Positions 9,599 to 17,993 are shown, counted from the stretch's first letter. The stretch is 56,344 bases of DNA from a virus (IMGVR_UViG_3300036790_000300:1-56344); one strand, 5' to 3'. The notes: generated from the sequence alone by a model not told the origin. Program-made: numbers and translations.

Positions 9599-9893
9599 AT
9601 CGATCCAGTTCCGGACAGTATCGCGCCACGGTGCGATCCTCAGTGTGCATGTACCGGAAACCGCCATCGACTAGTGGGATATTCCTACCCCAGCCGACCC
9701 ACGCCCCGTTTAATACGGTGGGGTTGTAATACATGAAAGAGGGGGCCTCATACTGGATTCCAAAACCAAACCATGGCGTGAAGATGAAGAGGCTGGCAGC
9801 TTCCCATGAGAGGCCGAACATATATCCCCAACCAGACAATCCACCTGCACGTCGCAGCCGTAGCCAGTCCCGATCGTGTTGACCCATTACCAT
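9588..9893 (-). CDS. Hypothetical protein
   Basis: 101 aa, first ORF of the leftward operon; start uncertain. Confidence 0.35.
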   Translation of the reverse strand: MVMGQHDRDWLRLRRAGGLSGWGYMFGLSWEAASLFIFTPWFGFGIQYEAPSFMYYNPTVLNGAWVGWGRNIPLVDGGFRYMHTEDRTVARYCPELDRYGD

Positions 9894-10265
9894 CTGGCCG
9901 ATCTTAGATCGGATGGTGGTGGAAATCCATCTCTATTTATCAAACAAAGATCTATTGAATTTATGCTTGATTCTAGAGGGCTTGAGCAAACGAAAAGCAA
10001 GGGCACTCTACTCTTCGTTGCGAGCGGGGACAGTATGCTGTCATCCGTCGGGTCTCGCGTACGGCGCCTAAGGTCCATATTCGCGCGGCCCCCGCAGAGG
10101 TCGTGCCCTTCTCGACTCCGGACCGAGTGACGCACTCACAAGGGCAGCCGGATCAGCTCTAGGGAATCCCTATTGCCCGGATACACGGGCCGGGGCGCAC
10201 AACTGCATCAGGGAGGCTTCTGTCCGAATTGTCGGGGAAATTTCCATGAATGTGGGCTTCGACGA

Positions 10266-10297
10266 TTGAATAATAGCATCTCATTTGCTATTGTCAA
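10266..10297. promoter_or_regulatory. Overlapping bidirectional sigma70-type promoters with internal palindrome
   Basis: Plus strand: TTGAAT(10266)-N17-TATTGT(10289) with TG extension. Minus strand: TTGACA(10297)-N16-TATTAT(10275) with TG extension. Inverted repeat AATAGCA-N7-TGCTATT at 10272-10292. Confidence 0.6.
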
Positions 10298-10299
10298 GA

Positions 10300-10422
10300 T
10301 GCGGGGCGGTAGCCGCCAACGCTCCGGCTCCAGTGGGCTTCGACACCTCTCTTGGAGCAACCCCGCACCGATTCAACCGTTAGAGGTTTCCCGCCTGCCC
10401 TTACCGGCAGGCGTTCTTTTTT
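10300..10422 (+). ncRNA. Putative structured antisense sRNA (C4/CI-RNA-like architecture)
   Basis: Between the plus-strand promoter and an intrinsic terminator. Stems TGCGGGG/CCCCGCA, GGCGG/CCGCC, GCTCCA/TGGAGC. GTGGGCTTCGAC (10333-10344) is repeated exactly at 10252-10263. Confidence 0.5.
10392..10422 (+). terminator. Rho-independent terminator
   Basis: CGCCTGCC-cttacc-GGCAGGCG followed by TTCTTTTTT. Confidence 0.75.
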
Positions 10423-10423
10423 C

Positions 10424-10436
10424 CGACATCCTGTCG
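10424..10436 (+). promoter_or_regulatory. 13-bp operator-like motif CGACATCCTGTCG (copy 2)
   Basis: Intergenic, followed by TTTTC. Confidence 0.55.
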
Positions 10437-10470
10437 TTTTCTGCATCCCATGCTCACGAGGTATGTCCCA

Positions 10471-10641
10471 ATGACTCACAATTTTCTGCTCTTGGTTCTC
10501 GCGTTGGTATGCTTTATTTCATCCGCGATACTCGCCTTTGCCGCTCCCGCTCCCGCTCCTCCGGCCGCGCCGCGGGCGTGGTGGGCGCTGCTGCTGTCTC
10601 TCGGGTGCGCGCTCTACACCCTCGCGTCGATAATTCACTAG
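10471..10641 (+). CDS. Small two-TM membrane protein
   Basis: Two hydrophobic segments joined by an Ala/Pro linker. Confidence 0.55.
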   Translation: MTHNFLLLVLALVCFISSAILAFAAPAPAPPAAPRAWWALLLSLGCALYTLASIIH

Positions 10642-10674
10642 ATTTCAGTCGAACTGGACGCTACGATATGCGGC

Positions 10675-11172
10675 ATGAGAAACCTGCGTCTCGCGCTCAC
10701 TTTCGCCACGTACTTCGCTCTTGGATGGCTCGCTGTCGGTTGTGGGCACGCCCAGGTCACTCCTACCAATCACCAGGTGGCCCTGAGCTGGAGCGCTCCT
10801 GCTGCGTCTGGTACCTGGGCAGGATGCACGACTAGTGCGCCATGCACCTACATCATCAGCAGGCTGAACGTGACGGGGACCACCTGCCCGGCAGCCAATG
10901 TCAGCACACTGAACTACACCCCGCTGAACACGTCGAGCCCCGCGACGACCACCAGCTACAACGACACCAGTGCATCCGGTCTGACGGCTTGCTATATCGC
11001 ACAGACGGAGCAGGGAACCGCAGTCAGCGGACCATCGAACGTGGCTGGGCCTTTCGTGGTGCCTGCCAACCCCCTGGCTCCATCACTTACGGGTGCTGAG
11101 GCTGCTCTCGCGCCACCGGTAGTACCCGTCGGGGATGCCGTGGCTCCCGTTCTCACTGCGCGGCTCCGGTAG
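10675..11172 (+). CDS. Secreted FN3/Ig-like protein
   Basis: Signal peptide ending GHA|Q; VALSWSAP and TSYNDT...SGPSN FN3-like motifs; four Cys in the mature part. Confidence 0.6.
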   Translation: MRNLRLALTFATYFALGWLAVGCGHAQVTPTNHQVALSWSAPAASGTWAGCTTSAPCTYIISRLNVTGTTCPAANVSTLNYTPLNTSSPATTTSYNDTSASGLTACYIAQTEQGTAVSGPSNVAGPFVVPANPLAPSLTGAEAALAPPVVPVGDAVAPVLTARLR

Positions 11173-11355
11173 GTTCCGGGGCTCACGCAGGGCCGGCAGC
11201 AGGCGAAATCCCAGGTGCGCGGATGCACGAGCGTATTTGAATGCCTCGGCTTCGCTATGAAAGCTCTGGATCGGGGTGCGGGTCCATCCATAGCAGACTT
11301 TCGTCAGGCAGAGACAGCGGTCGAAGAGTTCCTGGGTCCGCTTGGAGTAGGTCAC
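11083..11355 (-). CDS. Hypothetical protein
   Basis: 90 aa, coupled to the upstream minus-strand ORF; 3' end overlaps the convergent gene. Confidence 0.4.
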   Translation of the reverse strand: MTYSKRTQELFDRCLCLTKVCYGWTRTPIQSFHSEAEAFKYARASAHLGFRLLPALREPRNLPEPRSENGSHGIPDGYYRWRESSLSTRK

Positions 11356-11522
11356 GCCTTGGTCTTCCGTGACACTCCGAGCAGCAGGCGGCGCGCGGCT
11401 TCGGTCTTGCAGGCGGCGATCTGTTTCATGAACCGCTGGGTCATGCGCCGATATTTCGGCCTACTGAGGCCATACTTTTGGCTGAGGTGGCCACGGTACT
11501 CCAGCGGGCGTCCGACCTTCAC
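11352..11522 (-). CDS. Small basic hypothetical protein
   Basis: GTG start overlapping the previous stop; MKVGRPLEYRG... Confidence 0.45.
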   Translation of the reverse strand: MKVGRPLEYRGHLSQKYGLSRPKYRRMTQRFMKQIAACKTEAARRLLLGVSRKTKA

Positions 11523-11692
11523 TTCGCCTCGTGGTGTTCGCAACGAAACATCGGAAGGGTGAACAGGAAGGGCTGGCTCTCGGTCAAAGTGTAGAGGCAT
11601 CCCGGAGCACTCGAGCGCGTGCACATGCCCCACGGACCCTTCGATTCATCGGGCGCCGTCCACCATTGGCAGTCGTTGCAGTGTCCGTTCAT
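11519..11692 (-). CDS. Cys-rich hypothetical protein
   Basis: HCNDCQWW...GMC...FRCEHH, ATGA-coupled. Confidence 0.5.
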   Translation of the reverse strand: MNGHCNDCQWWTAPDESKGPWGMCTRSSAPGCLYTLTESQPFLFTLPMFRCEHHEAK

Positions 11693-11919
11693 CGGCATTC
11701 CTCTTCCGTGAAGATCCGGCGCGGCGGGTCGAAAATACCCAGAGAGTCTTCGGCGTCCAGCCATTGCTCACCGCATCGCTGGCACACCGCATCGACGCCC
11801 GCCATCGGGTGCAAATGGAGTAGGTTCATGTGTTTCTCAGGAGAGATGCGAAACCTGCACCAGCGATGGCCCACGATCCAGCACAACGGCCGATACCATC
11901 TTTTGCGTGGGTTCTTCAT
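11689..11919 (-). CDS. Hypothetical protein (CxxxGH...CxRCG)
   Basis: 76 aa with a Cys/His pattern common in small phage proteins. Confidence 0.5.
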   Translation of the reverse strand: MKNPRKRWYRPLCWIVGHRWCRFRISPEKHMNLLHLHPMAGVDAVCQRCGEQWLDAEDSLGIFDPPRRIFTEEECR

Positions 11920-11923
11920 GCTG

Positions 11924-12142
11924 TCACCCCAGCGCCAGAATAGCCGCGTCGAGCTCTTCGATTTCCTTGGTCAGGCCAGCCCGCTTCTCGAGCAGCGATT
12001 CCCGGCGTTTGTTGAGGTGGTTCAGCGCGATCGTTACGTGCCGGCTGGGCTTCTTGGTATCGGTCTTGCGACGTTGGCGCTCGGCGTCGCAAGCATTCTG
12101 GCTCTGCGCTGCTGCGGCAAATGCCGCGTCCATGTCAGACAT
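11924..12142 (-). CDS. Hypothetical coiled-coil protein
   Basis: 72 aa, GGAG RBS. Confidence 0.55.
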   Translation of the reverse strand: MSDMDAAFAAAAQSQNACDAERQRRKTDTKKPSRHVTIALNHLNKRRESLLEKRAGLTKEIEELDAAILALG

Positions 12143-12151
12143 ATGACTCCC

Positions 12152-12517
12152 CTACCCTTTCGAACATCCCTTTTGGTGACCGCTCAGACTCCCGCACTCT
12201 AAACATCCTCTTGCGGCCTTGGCTCGTTCCGCCACGGGAGTTGCGGGCACAGCACGAGGTAGACCGGCTGCTCCATGCCGAACGTCTCGCTGGCCTTGGC
12301 CGTCAGGTTGCGCATCGACCACAGCAGATTCCGCTCCGCTTCGGTCTCCGCCAGCAGCCTCACTCCCACCGGCACTCCGGCGAACATGATGAACTCGTTT
12401 GTCACGCACTCTCTCCCGATCCCAGTAGGGACTCCCGCACTGCCCACACCTCAACGCTCGACCGGTTCCCCGAAAGGCCCAATCCTTCGCGCACCGCAGA
12501 CAGTGATTGATTTGCAC
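12152..12517 (-). CDS. Zinc-ribbon-containing protein
   Basis: CLRC...CGQCGSPYW at the N-terminus and CLECG...HQKGC at the C-terminus. Confidence 0.5.
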   Translation of the reverse strand: MQINHCLRCAKDWAFRGTGRALRCGQCGSPYWDRERVRDKRVHHVRRSAGGSEAAGGDRSGAESAVVDAQPDGQGQRDVRHGAAGLPRAVPATPVAERAKAARGCLECGSLSGHQKGCSKG

Positions 12518-12590
12518 ATCTGTACTCTAAATGAGTGCTCAATAAAAGTACAGCAAATACGTTTCTAAAATCTGTTCAGAAAATATGTTC

Positions 12591-12603
12591 CGACATCCCG
12601 TCA
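12591..12603 (+). promoter_or_regulatory. 13-bp operator-like motif CGACATCCCGTCA (copy 3)
   Basis: In a divergent intergenic region, followed by TTTTC. Confidence 0.5.
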
Positions 12604-12698
12604 TTTTCTGGAAATGTCGGGGGTGGCGCGAAACGGGCCCAAGCCGCCGCCGCACCGGGGTTGTGGACAACTTCCGAGATCCGCATTATCGTCTGCAC

Positions 12699-12980
12699 AT
12701 GGACAAGCGCAATCAGCCGGCGCCCAGCTACCCCTGCGGACATTGCGGGCAGCTCATCTATCGAGTGCAGGCGCTGCGTCAAGGTGGCTATTGTCGGGCC
12801 TGCGAGTTCATGACCAGGGCGGAAGTGCAACAGTATCTTGGCATTACAGAGCCTACCGTCCGCTGCCGCCTGCCGGTGATCCGCATCGCCAGACGTGTGT
12901 TTGTGCACCGTTCAGAGGTCGAGCAGATGAGAGCAAGGCTGCTCGCGAAGAAGAGCTGGCTCTCGCTTTCGGTTGCATAG
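12699..12980 (+). CDS. Zn-ribbon + excisionase-like (HTH_17/MerR-type) DNA-binding protein
   Basis: CGHCG...CRAC followed by FMTRAEVQQYLGITEPTV...RVFVHRSEVE. Confidence 0.6.
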   Translation: MDKRNQPAPSYPCGHCGQLIYRVQALRQGGYCRACEFMTRAEVQQYLGITEPTVRCRLPVIRIARRVFVHRSEVEQMRARLLAKKSWLSLSVA

Positions 12981-12987
12981 AGGGGCT

Positions 12988-13233
12988 ATGACAGTCTGCC
13001 AAGGCTGCGAGAAGCCTATTCGCAAGTATCACAAGTACTGCAGATCGTGCGGCTACATGACCGTTGGTGATGTTTGCCGGGAGCTGCGCGTTTGTGGTGA
13101 GAGTGCCTACCGGCTTATGAGGCGTGGTCTGTTGCGGCGTTCGTATCTCTCGTGTGGTGGTGTGAGGGTACGTCGAGAGGATGTGGAGGCTCTTCTGCAT
13201 CCGGAGTGGGGATGGGGCCCGAAGCGTAAATGA
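12988..13233 (+). CDS. Zn-ribbon + excisionase-like (HTH_17) DNA-binding protein
   Basis: CQGC...CRSC followed by YMTVGDVCRELRV...AYRLMRRGLL...VRVRREDVEALL. Confidence 0.65.
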   Translation: MTVCQGCEKPIRKYHKYCRSCGYMTVGDVCRELRVCGESAYRLMRRGLLRRSYLSCGGVRVRREDVEALLHPEWGWGPKRK

Positions 13234-13243
13234 CATCCTGTCG
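13231..13243 (+). promoter_or_regulatory. 13-bp operator-like motif TGACATCCTGTCG (copy 4)
   Basis: Overlaps the stop codon of the second Xis-like gene. Confidence 0.5.
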
Positions 13244-13366
13244 GCGATAAATGCACGCTTATTACCTGCGTACCGTGCTCGCCATAAATAGCCATGGATT
13301 AATGGTGGTGGTGGTGCGATATTGGTGAGGCATTAAGAGAGGTAGCCAACCTCATGGAGAAGCAGA

Positions 13367-13561
13367 ATGACATTCACACTTGAGATCGAGATGGGTACGG
13401 ATGGAGTAGCCAACAGGGGTGACCTGGAGCGCGCGCTCCAGCGTGTGGCCAGTGAACTCGGCCATGCGGTCAGCCAAGGATTTAGCACTATTCCATATGA
13501 ATCCGAGCACATTCTAGGCGAACAGGGCCTTATTGTCGGCAAGTGGGAGGTGTCCCGATGA
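13367..13561 (+). CDS. Hypothetical protein
   Basis: 64 aa, GGAG RBS. Confidence 0.55.
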   Translation: MTFTLEIEMGTDGVANRGDLERALQRVASELGHAVSQGFSTIPYESEHILGEQGLIVGKWEVSR

Positions 13562-13701
13562 AGCAATACCGCATCCTCTACCGATGGCAGTCCCGCGATT
13601 ACGCCACTACCATGCCCGCCCGTGACGGCAACAGCGCACGCAACCTTGCAGCAGTGACCATCATGCCAGGCGCCGCTATCTACGCCGTGGAGGTGCTTTG
13701 A
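13558..13701 (+). CDS. Hypothetical protein (47 aa)
   Basis: ATGA-coupled, GGAGG RBS, MKQYRILYRWQ...; below ORF-track cut-off. Confidence 0.45.
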   Translation: MKQYRILYRWQSRDYATTMPARDGNSARNLAAVTIMPGAAIYAVEVL

Positions 13702-13943
13702 TGGATTGCCTCGTGGTCGCCAATCAGCCCGCTTGCAGCAACGTCCTACTGATCGAAGACGGCCGCGTGGTTCGCTTGTATCAGCAAGCTCGGGAGGTCT
13801 GCGCAGCGTTCGCGATCGGATTCGCCGCCGCCAGCCCAGCCACGCTCAAGGTGCGGGAAGCCAACTTCGCCAAAGGTGATCTGCTGGCCCTTCATACCGG
13901 GGAGGAAATACTCGCCGCGTCTGTGCCGCTGAGTACCGTATGA
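13701..13943 (+). CDS. Hypothetical protein
   Basis: TGATG-coupled, GGAGG RBS. Confidence 0.5.
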   Translation: MDCLVVANQPACSNVLLIEDGRVVRLYQQAREVCAAFAIGFAAASPATLKVREANFAKGDLLALHTGEEILAASVPLSTV

Positions 13944-14064
13944 TCCTCCTTCCCCCGATCTCCATAATCATCTTCTGGGCTGCCACCCGTCGGCGTAGCC
14001 CGAAACCGATACTACAGCCAGTTCACGTCCACTCGCCGGAATGTCGGCACGGAGTCGAAGCGTT

Positions 14065-14322
14065 ATGAGTCACACACCGGGACCGTGGCGAACAGGCCAC
14101 TTCGCAGCTGGGCGCTCCGTAGTTCGAGATACAGCGTGTGCTGTTGAGGTCATCTGCGGGGGAATCACAGGATACGACGATGCGCGCCTAATCGCGGCGG
14201 CTCCCGAACTGCTAAACCAGCTACAGCAGACTCTGGCATGCATCGAACGCGCCGGAGAGTGCCTTGGGGATATGGACGGCATGAGAGCAGTCATCGCCAA
14301 AGCTACAGGATCTCAGTCTTAG
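14065..14322 (+). CDS. Hypothetical phage protein (HTPGPW...ARLIAAAPELL type)
   Basis: Motif pair common in small phage proteins. Confidence 0.6.
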   Translation: MSHTPGPWRTGHFAAGRSVVRDTACAVEVICGGITGYDDARLIAAAPELLNQLQQTLACIERAGECLGDMDGMRAVIAKATGSQS

Positions 14323-14409
14323 CTGGCGCCATCTCCAAAGGGCCCAGCATAGCCTCCGACTGGCAGTCGGTGCCGAGTAGGTAACCTCGGCGCAAATCAG
14401 GAGGCAGCA

Positions 14410-14553
14410 ATGGTCGAGATCTACGGATTGCCTCTCACTGGCATTGCTATTTTCCTGTTCCTGATATGGCTCACGCTGATCAGTGTTGCGAGAAGCCTCG
14501 GCGAGATATCTGCCGCCCTGAAGCAGAAGAACGATCGAAAGGGAGTGGCATGA
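14410..14553 (+). CDS. Small single-TM membrane protein
   Basis: AGGAGG RBS; MVEIYGLPLTGIAIFLFLIWLTLISVARSLGEI... Confidence 0.5.
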   Translation: MVEIYGLPLTGIAIFLFLIWLTLISVARSLGEISAALKQKNDRKGVA

Positions 14554-14677
14554 GAGTCGTCGTGGATCGATGGACCTACCCTGCAAAACCCCGCGTCGGC
14601 CTCCGCAAGTTGATTACGTGGCGACACGGCTTCTTCTTTTGGCTCTCCCGCCACCGGACTATCGCGGTCTACTGGCG

Positions 14678-15472
14678 CTAGCTCTTCCAGGCGTGGATGT
14701 TGAGCGTCTTGATGAATACCGTCGAAGCAACCGTCCCGGCGCTCAGCCCCACATACTGCAATTGCTGATTCAAGAGGTTCACGCCCCACTTCGCGCTTGG
14801 CTGCGATGGCACCGTGATGCCCAGCGGGTAGTAGACGCCCGTGTCGCTCAGATAGATGCCGATGTACTCGACATTCTTGCCGTCCACATTCCGCACGTAG
14901 ATCCGCGTTGTGTACCAAACGCCAGCCTTGCGGCCGGTCGGGTTCGCCTTTACCGGGGTGGTCTGCCACTTTTGATTTTGGGTGATGTCTACACACGAGT
15001 TGTAGTGGTCGAGCTGCGTCGCCATGTCCACGTACACGCCAGAAGCCGCTACCTGCTCGAGATCTTTCTCCATGCAGGCAAGATTCGAAGCGTCCACGAA
15101 ATACTCGATCGCTTCATAGCAGAACGTATTGTAGGCAGAAGCGTTGGCCAGCACATTCGCGTGGTAAAGTGCACCACCCTTCGCAATGTTCGTAAAGGCA
15201 AATTCCCCGCAGTTGGTCGTTCCGTCCGGCGCAGTCTTTGGGTAGGCAAACGTGCCGCTGGCGTCACCAGGCGTCCCCGTATCGTGCTTGCAGCTCCATG
15301 CTTTGCTCAGCAGCATGTTGGTCGTCAGGGCGGTCGAAGGTATGGCGGGCTCAGGATTCACGACCGGCGGCGGCACGCTGTTCGGTGGCGGGGTGGTCGT
15401 CAGTTCAATCGTGCCCGAAAGGTTGGTCACAGAGCCGTCAGTGTTGGTAATCGTCGCCGAAATCGTTGCCAT
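14678..15472 (-). CDS. Beta-sandwich (ConA/lectin-like) protein, possible carbohydrate-binding
   Basis: 264 aa, GGAGG RBS, Pro-rich linker then a beta-rich domain; stand-alone gene opposite to its neighbours. Confidence 0.45.
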   Translation of the reverse strand: MATISATITNTDGSVTNLSGTIELTTTPPPNSVPPPVVNPEPAIPSTALTTNMLLSKAWSCKHDTGTPGDASGTFAYPKTAPDGTTNCGEFAFTNIAKGGALYHANVLANASAYNTFCYEAIEYFVDASNLACMEKDLEQVAASGVYVDMATQLDHYNSCVDITQNQKWQTTPVKANPTGRKAGVWYTTRIYVRNVDGKNVEYIGIYLSDTGVYYPLGITVPSQPSAKWGVNLLNQQLQYVGLSAGTVASTVFIKTLNIHAWKS

Positions 15473-15484
15473 TTACTTGCCTCC

Positions 15485-15519
15485 AGGTGCGTCACGCACC
15501 TACTTACGACATCCTGTCA
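15485..15519. promoter_or_regulatory. Palindrome AGGTGCGTCACGCACCT plus 13-bp motif CGACATCCTGTCA (copy 5)
   Basis: Two inverted-repeat motifs directly upstream of the 14678..15472 gene. Confidence 0.55.
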
Positions 15520-15552
15520 TTTTCGCCTTAATTGGCGCGCTCCGGCAATCAA

Positions 15553-15723
15553 TCATTTGGACTTCATCCACTTTTCAATCTTGAGGTAGGTCTCCAGTGC
15601 CATCGGCTTGCCCTTCTCCACGCTGTGCAGGGTCTGAAATGGGATTCCGATATGCTGCGAGGCTTCCTTCAGCGTCAGGCGGCGGCAGGTGCGCCACGCC
15701 AGGAGTAGTTCTGGAATCTTCAT
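15553..15723 (-). CDS. XRE/Cro-family HTH regulator (56 aa)
   Basis: Hand translation MKIPELLLAWRTCRRLTLKEASQHIGIPFQTLHSVEKGKPMALETYLKIEKWMKSK; divergent from the recombination operon. Confidence 0.7.
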   Translation of the reverse strand: MKIPELLLAWRTCRRLTLKEASQHIGIPFQTLHSVEKGKPMALETYLKIEKWMKSK

Positions 15724-15768
15724 GAACTACATGGTGACATAAGTAATTCCGGTATGCGAGAAAAATGA

Positions 15769-15797
15769 TTGCTTAATTAAAAATGCGGGGGTATTCT
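15769..15797 (+). promoter_or_regulatory. Sigma70-type promoter of the early recombination/replication operon
   Basis: TTGCTT-N17-TATTCT, 25 nt upstream of the ERF start. Confidence 0.5.
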
Positions 15798-15822
15798 CGC
15801 ACAAGAAAACGGGAGATATTCA

Positions 15823-16560
15823 ATGGCTGCAGCAGCGGCAATCATACCAGCAGAACCCCAGCAAAATGCGTCGCTCATGACAGTTATCGAGCGGCTGTCC
15901 AGCAACCCCAACGTGGATATTGACAAGATTCGTCAGATGCTCGAGATGCAGGAGCGTTGGGAAGTCAACAAGGATCGGTCGGCGCTGAGCTATGCGATGG
16001 CTGAGTTCAAGAAGAACCCGCCCGAGATCATAAAGAAGCGCACGGCGACGATCAACCCGACCTTCAGCTACAGCTATGCCGACCTGGAGAACATCACCAG
16101 CGCCATCATTGGGGCGCTTGCGCAGTACGGCGTGACTCACTCGTGGAAGATCGCTGAGGGCGAAAAGGGCATTTCCGTCACCTGCATCCTGCGATTCGGC
16201 CTGTACGAAACCGACGGGGTGACGCTCACCTCCATGCCCGACACCTCTGGGCAGAAGAACGCAATTCAGGCGAAGGGCTCGGCTATCTCCTACCTCGAAA
16301 AGTACACCCTCTTGGCAGCCACGGGCATGGCCGCAGGGATGCCGGACTCGGACGGCAATGGTGAAGGCCCCAAGATGGACGGCGAAGCCTGGAATGCCCA
16401 CATAAAGCTGATCCGTGAGGCTGGCACGGCGGAAGCGCTGAAGGGATTCTGGCAGACCGCAGTGAAGGAAGCGCGCGCCAACAAGGACGCGGTGAGCGAG
16501 AAGAAGTTCACCGAGGCCAAAGACAAGCGCAAGGCCGAGTTGGAGCAGGTGGCCGCGTGA
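15823..16560 (+). CDS. erf: ERF-family single-strand annealing protein
   Basis: YSYADLENI and QAKGSAISYLEKYTLLAATG ERF motifs; adjacent to exonuclease. Confidence 0.85.
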   Translation: MAAAAAIIPAEPQQNASLMTVIERLSSNPNVDIDKIRQMLEMQERWEVNKDRSALSYAMAEFKKNPPEIIKKRTATINPTFSYSYADLENITSAIIGALAQYGVTHSWKIAEGEKGISVTCILRFGLYETDGVTLTSMPDTSGQKNAIQAKGSAISYLEKYTLLAATGMAAGMPDSDGNGEGPKMDGEAWNAHIKLIREAGTAEALKGFWQTAVKEARANKDAVSEKKFTEAKDKRKAELEQVAA

Positions 16561-17198
16561 AAGTTGTCGATTGCGAGCAGGGATCCGGACCATGGCTAGC
16601 AGCGCGCGCTGGGCGCATCACGGCCTCCCGCATGGCCGAGGTTATGTCCTACCTGAAAAATGGTGCAGAGTCCCAGAAGCGCATCGACTATCGCGTGGAG
16701 CTGGTCTCTGAGCGCCTGAGCGGCCGCGCCAATGAGCAGTACGTGACGTTTGCCATGAAAGAGGGCACGCGCCTAGAGCCAGAAGCGCGCACCGAGTACG
16801 AATTGGTAAAAGACGTTCTGGTCGATCGCATCGGGCTGGCGATTCACCCGAGCATGGACTTCTCTGCTGCGTCGCCTGACGGGCTGGTAGGCCGGGATGG
16901 TGGGGTGGAGATCAAATGCCCTACTCCCACAACGCACATCGAATGGCTTCTGGCTGGCGTCGTTCCACCCGCGCACATCCCGCAGATGGATTGGGGAATG
17001 GTCTGCTGCGAGCGCATGTGGTGGGACTTCGTCTCCTACTGCCCGATCTTCCCTGAACCACTGAACCTACTGATTGTTCGACTGCCACGAGATGAGAGCC
17101 GCATCGACGTTCTTGACGCTGAGGTGCGCAAGTTCCACGCAGAAACTGAAGCCATGATTGCTCAATTGAAAGGAACCTATGCCGAACGTGCAGCCTGA
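16557..17198 (+). CDS. YqaJ/lambda-type exonuclease
   Basis: QGSGPWLAARAGRITAS, GTRLEPEAR, ASPDGL, VEIKCP motifs. Confidence 0.9.
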   Translation: MKVVDCEQGSGPWLAARAGRITASRMAEVMSYLKNGAESQKRIDYRVELVSERLSGRANEQYVTFAMKEGTRLEPEARTEYELVKDVLVDRIGLAIHPSMDFSAASPDGLVGRDGGVEIKCPTPTTHIEWLLAGVVPPAHIPQMDWGMVCCERMWWDFVSYCPIFPEPLNLLIVRLPRDESRIDVLDAEVRKFHAETEAMIAQLKGTYAERAA

Positions 17199-17475
17199 AA
17201 TGACAGCCTGTCGTATTCCATTCACTGCAGCCCTTGCCGCGTCAGAATGGCAGGAATATCTGCTTCGCTTCACCAACCAAACCAACTGCACCCACTGCAA
17301 GCATGAGTTCATCGAAGACACCTCCGACCGTTGCTGGTATCGCTCCGAAGACTGCGAGTTTGGGATGGAGCCGCGCTGGTCGGAATCGATCACCCCGGTT
17401 ATTGCGCAGCAGGGCTGGTTCTGTGGGGAAGAGTGCCACGATGAGTACCTGGCGAAGACTGAGGGGGCAGCATGA
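17179..17475 (+). CDS. Cys-rich hypothetical protein
   Basis: 98 aa, in operon. Confidence 0.5.
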   Translation: MPNVQPEMTACRIPFTAALAASEWQEYLLRFTNQTNCTHCKHEFIEDTSDRCWYRSEDCEFGMEPRWSESITPVIAQQGWFCGEECHDEYLAKTEGAA

Positions 17476-17654
17476 AGGTCTACCAGAAAACGGGATTTCT
17501 GATCGAGCGAGGCACAGAGTACTCGACAGTCGTCTGGGCGTTGCGGAAGGCCGGGGAGGTCGAGCTGGCAAACAAGTTGGACCGCATCCGAGCGCAAACC
17601 TATTACGAACCGGTTCCGAGGTCGCTCGACGTGGAATTGGAGATTGTCGCGTGA
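17472..17654 (+). CDS. Hypothetical protein
   Basis: 60 aa, ATGA-coupled. Confidence 0.5.
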   Translation: MKVYQKTGFLIERGTEYSTVVWALRKAGEVELANKLDRIRAQTYYEPVPRSLDVELEIVA

Positions 17655-17783
17655 TCCGGTTCGCGTGCATTCTCGTGAACATGCTCACGTGCGGGTATGC
17701 CACCTATCGCTTTGGCCTCACGGGCGGCGCTCTCGTACTCGCCAATGGCCTCGCTGGAATAACTTATTGCTACTTCCGGGTAA

Positions 17784-17993
17784 ATGAAGACAATGACTGA
17801 TCACAAGCACACGTTCGACTCCGAGCAGGGCTTCCTGCCGCAGGTTGTCGGTCTGTCGCTCAGATGCAAGTGCGGGCACTGGATCACTGTCGGCAACGAG
17901 AAAACCGGACGCGTGCCGAAGGATCACAGCGATACGTGGGCAAGTCTTCTCGCATGCGCCCTGTTTCTTTTCGCGCTCTGGGCTCTGGGGTAG
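17784..17993 (+). CDS. Hypothetical protein with C-terminal TM segment
   Basis: 69 aa, in operon. Confidence 0.45.
   Translation: MKTMTDHKHTFDSEQGFLPQVVGLSLRCKCGHWITVGNEKTGRVPKDHSDTWASLLACALFLFALWALG

Noticed and set aside
12199-12447. Nested ORF inside 12152..12517
   Set aside because: Cannot decide between frames from sequence alone; the longer frame has Zn-binding motifs at both ends and was preferred
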